A stretch of 64,000 bases of DNA from Candidatus Avidesulfovibrio excrementigallinarum (lineage in GTDB: Bacteria; Desulfobacterota; Desulfovibrionia; Desulfovibrionales; Desulfovibrionaceae): assembly GCA_018715085.1 (NCBI GenBank), contig DVMI01000071.1, forward strand, positions 971 to 64,970, written 5' to 3'. How positions within the stretch are numbered: the stretch's first letter is position 1; each line of letters starts with the position of its first letter. The notes beneath the pieces were generated by a model, which ran no database searches, was not told the DNA's origin, and saw only the letters and a program-made list of their open reading frames with translations. The position numbers were made by a program, and so were the translations under genes. Positions 59,032 through 64,000 of the stretch are shown one piece after another.

Positions 59032-59972
59032 GAGGCATGCCTCCTGTCGGCGGGGTGGGCGGCGTGCTGCGCCTGGCGTACCGTGCGGAACTGGTCAATG
59101 CCGTACAGAACAAGTGCAATCCAGACGAACACAAAGCCCGTCAGCTTGGCCTGCGAGAGCACCTCTCCGCCGAACGTCACTCCGACAATGACCGTGACGG
59201 TGGGCATGGTGTACTGCATGAAGCCAAGAGTCAGCATGGTGGACCGTTGCAGGCCATAGACATAGATGGACTGGGGTATGGCTGTCAGGAAGCCCGCGCC
59301 GACAAGCAGCCAGAGAGTGGTTGAGTCATAGTTGAAAAGCGCCGTGGCGTCACCCTCTGCCATCCAGAGCAGAATGACAAGCCCGGTCAGGCTGTTGAAG
59401 CCCATTTCCATCACCATGCCGGGCAGCACGCTTGCCGGTGCCTGCTTGCGCAGTGCAGGGAAAAAGGCGGACATGACTCCGATGCTCAAGGCAAGCCACG
59501 GTATGACACCATACAGCAGGCTCATGATGAGCACGCCGCAGGCGGCCACGCCGGCGGCTATTGCCTTCAAACGGCTGAGCCGCTGGCGGAAGACCAGCAC
59601 ACCGGCGAGAATGGAAGCCAGCGGCTGAATGTACTGGCCGAGACCCACATCAAGAATATGTTCGCTTGTTGTGCCCCAGACGTACAGAAACCAGATGCAC
59701 ATGTGCAGACAGCTGCCAAGACCAATGTAAATCCAGTTCGCCTTGATGCGCAGTCCGTCACGCAGAAGCGTGCCTTCACGCGCAAGGAACAAGATCAGCA
59801 GTGCCCAGCCAAAGGCATAAATGGAGCGGTAGGAAAGAATTTCCACCGCAGAAATATGCCTGAGCAGCATCCAGTACATCGGCATGAATCCCCAGCCGAC
59901 AAAGACACCTAGCAGAGCCAGTGCACCCTTGCGCCGTGTGGCGGCGTCGAGCGTCGTGGCGGTATCGCGCAT
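59028..59972 (-). CDS. rarD: EamA-family transporter RarD
   Basis: ...LLGVFVGWGFMPMYWMLLRHISAVEILSYRSIY...GLGQYIQPL...LGFMQYTMPTV..., typical RarD motifs. Start at ATG 59972; the ORF-track extension to 60563 is rejected. Confidence 0.85.
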   Translation of the reverse strand: MRDTATTLDAATRRKGALALLGVFVGWGFMPMYWMLLRHISAVEILSYRSIYAFGWALLILFLAREGTLLRDGLRIKANWIYIGLGSCLHMCIWFLYVWGTTSEHILDVGLGQYIQPLASILAGVLVFRQRLSRLKAIAAGVAACGVLIMSLLYGVIPWLALSIGVMSAFFPALRKQAPASVLPGMVMEMGFNSLTGLVILLWMAEGDATALFNYDSTTLWLLVGAGFLTAIPQSIYVYGLQRSTMLTLGFMQYTMPTVTVIVGVTFGGEVLSQAKLTGFVFVWIALVLYGIDQFRTVRQAQHAAHPADRRHAS

Positions 59973-60811
59973 GGCCGTGCCCCGGAACGGCAGAAATTTG
60001 CTCTGCCGGTTGGCGTTGCAGAACAGACAGGTTCCGTTACCTTCTCTCAGAGTATGCCTTGCGTCAAGCGCTGTACGGTGCAAACGCAGGTTGTACGCAC
60101 GCGGCGCAGCCCGTTGTTGATGCAAAATGCAAGGCAGGCCCGGCCCGGACCCGGGCAGGTGCAAGGCTGTACCGCGTGGCCATGGTGCGCCATCCGGGTA
60201 GAGGCGGCCGCTGTCAAAGCGCCTGGCACAGACAGACATGGCGGAAGCCGGATCGGTGCCGCACAACAGGGGAGACTGGCGGCACAGCCCGCAGAACGGC
60301 CGGAACTGCCGTGCCTGGCAGACTGTTGCCAAAAGCGCCGCCTGGCAGGGCGAGCCGGAGAAAAGGTTTTGCCCCCCGGCACAAAGCGCGTGAACGCGCG
60401 TTGTTTCAGCCTGCGCAGGCAGCGGCCTGGAGGAAAAGGCGTTTAGAAGGTACCCCCTGCCGCCTCGCCGTATGCCGTATTGCGGCGGCTTTGAGGCGGT
60501 GGCGTCGCTTCTTACGGAGCGGTTTTGCAAGCGGCCGTGTCCGGAAGGCATGGCCGCCTGCATGCCGCCCCGCGCGGCGGGAGCCGTCAGAACGCCTGCT
60601 CACGGCGCCATTGCCCGCGTGAAGTTGCAAGGCGGCAGACATGCGGGGAACTGAATGCGGTTTTCTTTTGTCGTGACATCGCGTAAGAAAAGACTGTCCG
60701 AACGTTGTCAGACAGGTTCGGGCGGGCTATGCGAACTGTTGCGTGGACTCCGGACAGCTGCCGGCCACGTTGCCAAACCAGGCCGCCCGGTGCGGCAGGA
60801 GGCACACCGTC

Positions 60812-61045
60812 ATGCAGGAAGAACTTCGTACGCCGCCTCCGATGGTTCGCGTACGGCTTCAACCCGAAGAAAAAGTGGTGGAACTGCCCAGGCACAAGGT
60901 AAAAAGCGTCATGACGCTTTTGCGTGAACTGGGCATCAGACCGGGTACAGCCATCGTCGCCCGGGGGCGCGAACTGCTCACGCCTGACAGAGCGGTTCTG
61001 CCTGGCGACGATCTTCTTGTCCGCAAAGTGACTTCGGCCGGATAA
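60812..61045 (+). CDS. Small beta-grasp protein, ThiS/MoaD-like (77 aa), C-terminus ...SAG rather than ...GG
   Basis: AGGAGG lies 9 nt upstream of ATG 60812. MVRVRLQPEEKVVELP...VMTLLRELGIRPGTAIVARGRELLTPDRAVLPGDDLLVRKVTSAG resembles the ThiS/MoaD layout, including the xPGDxLxV....xG tail. Confidence 0.5.
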   Translation: MQEELRTPPPMVRVRLQPEEKVVELPRHKVKSVMTLLRELGIRPGTAIVARGRELLTPDRAVLPGDDLLVRKVTSAG

Positions 61046-61613
61046 GCGTTCGGCTGCGCCGCCTGCGTGTGCAGCGCTGCCGGCGTGGCGCGGTCGTTTC
61101 CGCGGGCGGGGGAAAGCCGCATGATGGGCGACGGCATGCCGGATTCCGGTTTGTGTGCGTGTCCGGATGCCGGAGCGATCCCGTGCCGGTTGTGCTGCGT
61201 ACACAGCGCAGGGCGTGCAGGCCCGCTGCGCAGCAGGCGTCTGCCTCTGATTCTGTTGCCGTCTGCGGCGGTGTTTACGCCCGAGGACGTCATGTCCCAA
61301 GGCCGGTCGGTGGCGCATGACGGGCGGGGCGGCAGTCTTGTGCGCCTGGCGGGCTTTGAGGGCTGGCAAACGGTGCAGGCTGTTCTGGCGCGTTGCGGTG
61401 CCGGCCGGATCCGGGTGCAGAAGCCGCCTTCGCATTCCCGGGACAGAGCGTTTTTGCCACGATGCCACGGCAAAAGCCAGGTTTGCGCCCCTTTGGGAAA
61501 GCAGGCTGTATTTTTTATGACCGGGCACGGGTTCCCGTCCCTGTGTCCTCCAGAATGGTGCTCTCTTGAACGTGAAATCGCTCTCCTCAACCGATACAGG
61601 CAGGTAGGATTCC

Positions 61614-62594
61614 ATGATGTTCAACTGTCCTTTGGCTTCGATACCGTCTTCACTTTGCGCCGGAGCAGCCTTGGCGCTGCTGCTTGCAGCGGTGTGGACC
61701 CCGCTGCTGGCCCTGACCGGCGTTTCCGCGACCCGATCCCGTCCGCTGAATCTGCTGGCGGTACGCCAGCTGTATGGCTTGAACGGCCTGCTCTGGAGCG
61801 TGCTGATTGTGGTCGCCGTGATCGGCCTGTTGGTTGTCATGCCGCCTCTGCCCGAGGGAACCGAGCCGGTCAACGGAGCCTTTCTGGGGCTTGAGCAGTA
61901 TGCCTGGTGGCACGGGCCGCAGCGGTTGTGGATTTTGATCGCATTGGCTGGAGGAATTTGCGAAGTCGTGCTGTCCGTGGTGCTGGCCCGCAGCTGGAAG
62001 CGCCTGCGGCCCAACTCCGCGGCCTTGTGGTGCTGCACTGCGCTGCTTGTGGTGCCGCTGGCCGTGACCGGATTTGCGGGACAGCGCGCGTTCTGTCCGG
62101 AAGTTGCCCCGGCGGACGGGCCCATGCTTTCGGCTTGCGCTCTCATGGCCTTGTGCGGCCTTGGCGTCTGTGCCGCCACCGGGCTGATCTGGCTGCTTGC
62201 ACGGCGCAACCGTGACGCGTTCGGCCGCGACTACTACGCCTTTGCTGCGCGGCGCTATGCCAGGATCGCCGGATGGAGCGCCCTGGCCACGCTGCTTGGA
62301 TTGATGGTGCTGCTGGTAATTATGCTGCCGCTCATGTCCGGGATGGCGCTCACGCCCGAAAGCGTGTCGCTGGCCGCTTTGCGCGACAGCGTGAGCGCGG
62401 CCGTGCTGCGTCTGCCCGAACGGCTCTGGCTGATCCCGGCGCTGCTGTGTGCGCCGTTGCTGGCCGAGCTGGCCTTTGTGCTCATCGTTCGCGACGCCGT
62501 GCCCATGCGCCGCAAACTGGCCATGCTGGGCGGGTGGTTGTGCCTTGTGCTGACAGTTCTTTTGTTTGCCCGGCTCCTGTGCGGGCTTGCATAA
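61614..62594 (+). CDS. Hypothetical polytopic membrane protein (326 aa, about 8 predicted TM segments)
   Basis: ATG 61614 has an aggtagga RBS-like sequence upstream. The product is strongly hydrophobic with periodic Arg/Trp-rich loops. No family recognised. Confidence 0.6.
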   Translation: MMFNCPLASIPSSLCAGAALALLLAAVWTPLLALTGVSATRSRPLNLLAVRQLYGLNGLLWSVLIVVAVIGLLVVMPPLPEGTEPVNGAFLGLEQYAWWHGPQRLWILIALAGGICEVVLSVVLARSWKRLRPNSAALWCCTALLVVPLAVTGFAGQRAFCPEVAPADGPMLSACALMALCGLGVCAATGLIWLLARRNRDAFGRDYYAFAARRYARIAGWSALATLLGLMVLLVIMLPLMSGMALTPESVSLAALRDSVSAAVLRLPERLWLIPALLCAPLLAELAFVLIVRDAVPMRRKLAMLGGWLCLVLTVLLFARLLCGLA

Positions 62595-62751
62595 CGTTTT
62601 TCAGGCGGTTGTGGAGGATTGAGGACACGCCTCCCGCTGCCAGGGCCGCCCGGGCGACGCTGTATGCCCGCGGCGGCGCGCGCTGCCGTTTGTGTAGAGG
62701 CATGGCCGGCTGCCGCGTTCAATCAGAAACATCCTCAGGGAAAAATCAGAT

Positions 62752-64000
62752 ATGAAATCACACGGTTTCAGCCTTCTTGTGGAAAAAAAGCTTGCCGAAG
62801 TCGGCGGCGTGGCCCGCTGGTGGCGGCATGACGCGACCGGTGCGGAGCTCTTGTCGGTTTGCAACAGCGACGAAAACAAATGCTTTGGCGTGACGTTTCG
62901 CACGCCTCCGGACGATTCCACCGGTGTGCCGCACATTCTGGAGCACTCAGTACTGTGCGGATCGGAAAAGTATCCTGTGCGCGAACCGTTTGTCGAACTG
63001 CTTAAAGGTTCGCTGCAAACGTTCCTCAACGCCTTCACCTTTCCGGACAAGACCTGCTATCCTGTGGCAAGCGCCAATCTGCAGGACTTCAAAAATCTTG
63101 TGGACGTCTACCTTGATGCGGTGTTCTTCCCCCGGATTTCGGAAAATGTGTTCCGTCAGGAAGGCTGGCACATCGAAACCGACGCCGCCGATCCGGTCGG
63201 AGGGCCCCTGCGCTACAAGGGGGTTGTCTTCAACGAAATGAAGGGCGTCTACTCCTCGCCCGACTCGGTACTTTCCGAACAGTCGCAGTACGCGGTCTTT
63301 CCGGACAACACCTACGGGCTCGACTCCGGCGGCAATCCGGAAGTCATCCCCACCCTGTCCTATGACGCGTTTGTTGCGTTCCACAAGACGTTGTACCACC
63401 CGTCCAACGCGCGCTTTTTCTTCTGGGGCGACGACCCTGAAGAAGGGCGTTTTGCCATGCTGGAACCATATCTGCAACGCTTTGACCGCGGTCAGGCCGG
63501 CCCCATGGTGCCCTTGCAGCAGCGGCCTTCCGTGCCCCGTTTTCTTGAAGTGCCGTTTGTGGCCGGCAAGGACGAAACCAGCGGCCACATCACCATGAAC
63601 TGGCTGTTGTGCGAAACGGCGGATACGGAAGAACTGTTCCTGCTTGACATGCTCGGGCACATTTTACAGGGGCTGCCAGGTTCGCCGCTGCGCAAGGCCC
63701 TCATCGAGTCGGGGCTCGGCGAGGACATTGCCGGCTGCGGGCTCGAAACAGACTTGCGCCAGGCGTACTATTCCGTGGGATTGCGCTCCATTGATCCGGC
63801 CCGGGCCCAGGATGTCGAAGTGCTCATCATGGATACCCTCGCCGGACTTGCCGAGGACGGCGTGCCCGCCGACGCCGTTGAGGCGGCGTTGAACAGCCTT
63901 GAATTCCATCTGCGCGAGAACAACACCGGATCGTTTCCGCGCGGGCTGTCGGCCATGGTCTCGTGTCTGTCTACCTGGCTGCACGATGGAGATCCCTTTG
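62752..64000 (+). CDS. M16-family zinc metallopeptidase (insulinase/PreP-like), N-terminal part; continues past the window end (not in the ORF track because no stop is reached)
   Basis: Manual translation from ATG 62752: MKSHGFSLLVEKKLAEVGG...FRTPPDDSTGVPHILEHSVLCGSEKYPVREPF...FNEMKGVYSSPD, with the inverted zinc motif HxxEH. Frame 1 stays open to position 64000. Confidence 0.9.
   Translation, partial: MKSHGFSLLVEKKLAEVGGVARWWRHDATGAELLSVCNSDENKCFGVTFRTPPDDSTGVPHILEHSVLCGSEKYPVREPFVELLKGSLQTFLNAFTFPDKTCYPVASANLQDFKNLVDVYLDAVFFPRISENVFRQEGWHIETDAADPVGGPLRYKGVVFNEMKGVYSSPDSVLSEQSQYAVFPDNTYGLDSGGNPEVIPTLSYDAFVAFHKTLYHPSNARFFFWGDDPEEGRFAMLEPYLQRFDRGQAGPMVPLQQRPSVPRFLEVPFVAGKDETSGHITMNWLLCETADTEELFLLDMLGHILQGLPGSPLRKALIESGLGEDIAGCGLETDLRQAYYSVGLRSIDPARAQDVEVLIMDTLAGLAEDGVPADAVEAALNSLEFHLRENNTGSFPRGLSAMVSCLSTWLHDGDPF

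Noticed and set aside
59973-60563. N-terminal 197-residue extension of the rarD ORF (511 aa in the ORF track).
   Set aside because: RarD/EamA homology and the first TM helix begin just after ATG 59972. The extension is Arg/Pro/Gly-rich and has no motifs.
60600-60811. Possible TPP or Moco riboswitch upstream of the ThiS/MoaD-like ORF.
   Set aside because: I could not find the conserved cores (for example CUGAGA / ACCUGAUCUGGAUAAUGCCAGCG for TPP) by eye. This needs a covariance-model scan to be sure.
60587-62209. 540-aa minus-strand ORF spanning the ThiS-like ORF, a spacer and the start of the membrane protein.
   Set aside because: Its composition is extremely Arg/Ala/Pro/Ser-rich, with no motifs and no RBS. 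It overlaps two better-supported plus-strand ORFs.
1-64000. Search for tRNA, rRNA, tmRNA, RNase P, SRP RNA, transposases, integrases, phage genes, toxin-antitoxin pairs and known defence systems.
   Set aside because: I saw no tRNA-like T-arm (GGTTCGAATCC-type) or conserved RNase P/SRP cores. No DDE/tyrosine-recombinase-like ORFs, inverted terminal repeats or low-GC islands were seen. This visual scan has limited sensitivity for structured RNAs.

Overview
High-GC (about 60%) chromosomal core region of a sulfite/sulfate-respiring deltaproteobacterium (Desulfovibrionaceae). The dissimilatory sulfite reductase genes are present, and dsrB is fused in frame to dsrD, an arrangement I recall being described for Bilophila wadsworthia, so a Bilophila-like organism is my best guess. 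I call about 57 protein-coding genes, almost all housekeeping: hisH-hisF, tsaE, lysC, rimI, tpiA-secG, a polar amino-acid ABC transporter, lepA, mltA, gltX, proS, comEC, tolQ-tolR-tolA-tolB, a Fur-family (PerR-like) regulator with rubrerythrin, dapA, dsrA-dsrB/D, a sigma-54 activator, an ACT/UPF0210 pair, an M24 peptidase, hemW, livJHMGF, a rarD-AmmeMemoRadiSam operon and an M16 peptidase running off the 3' edge. I found no rRNA, tRNA, CRISPR array, transposase, integrase or prophage signature and no compositional island, so this is not an obvious accessory region. I did not find a clearly new multi-gene system. The most interesting items are: (1) the DsrB-DsrD fusion; (2) a translationally coupled rarD / radical-SAM / Memo-AMMECR1-fusion operon of unknown function; (3) a 49-aa Cys-rich membrane ORF missing from the ORF track, with a near-consensus promoter; (4) an orphan sigma-54 response regulator flanked by two unknown small proteins, with a candidate -24/-12 promoter and palindrome; (5) a lone ThiS-like beta-grasp ORF in a sparsely coding 2.6-kb stretch; and (6) several 0.6-1 kb GC-rich spacers without credible ORFs, one holding an orphan intrinsic terminator. 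All family assignments come from motif recognition by eye, with no database search. Start codons were chosen by RBS and alignment logic and may be off.
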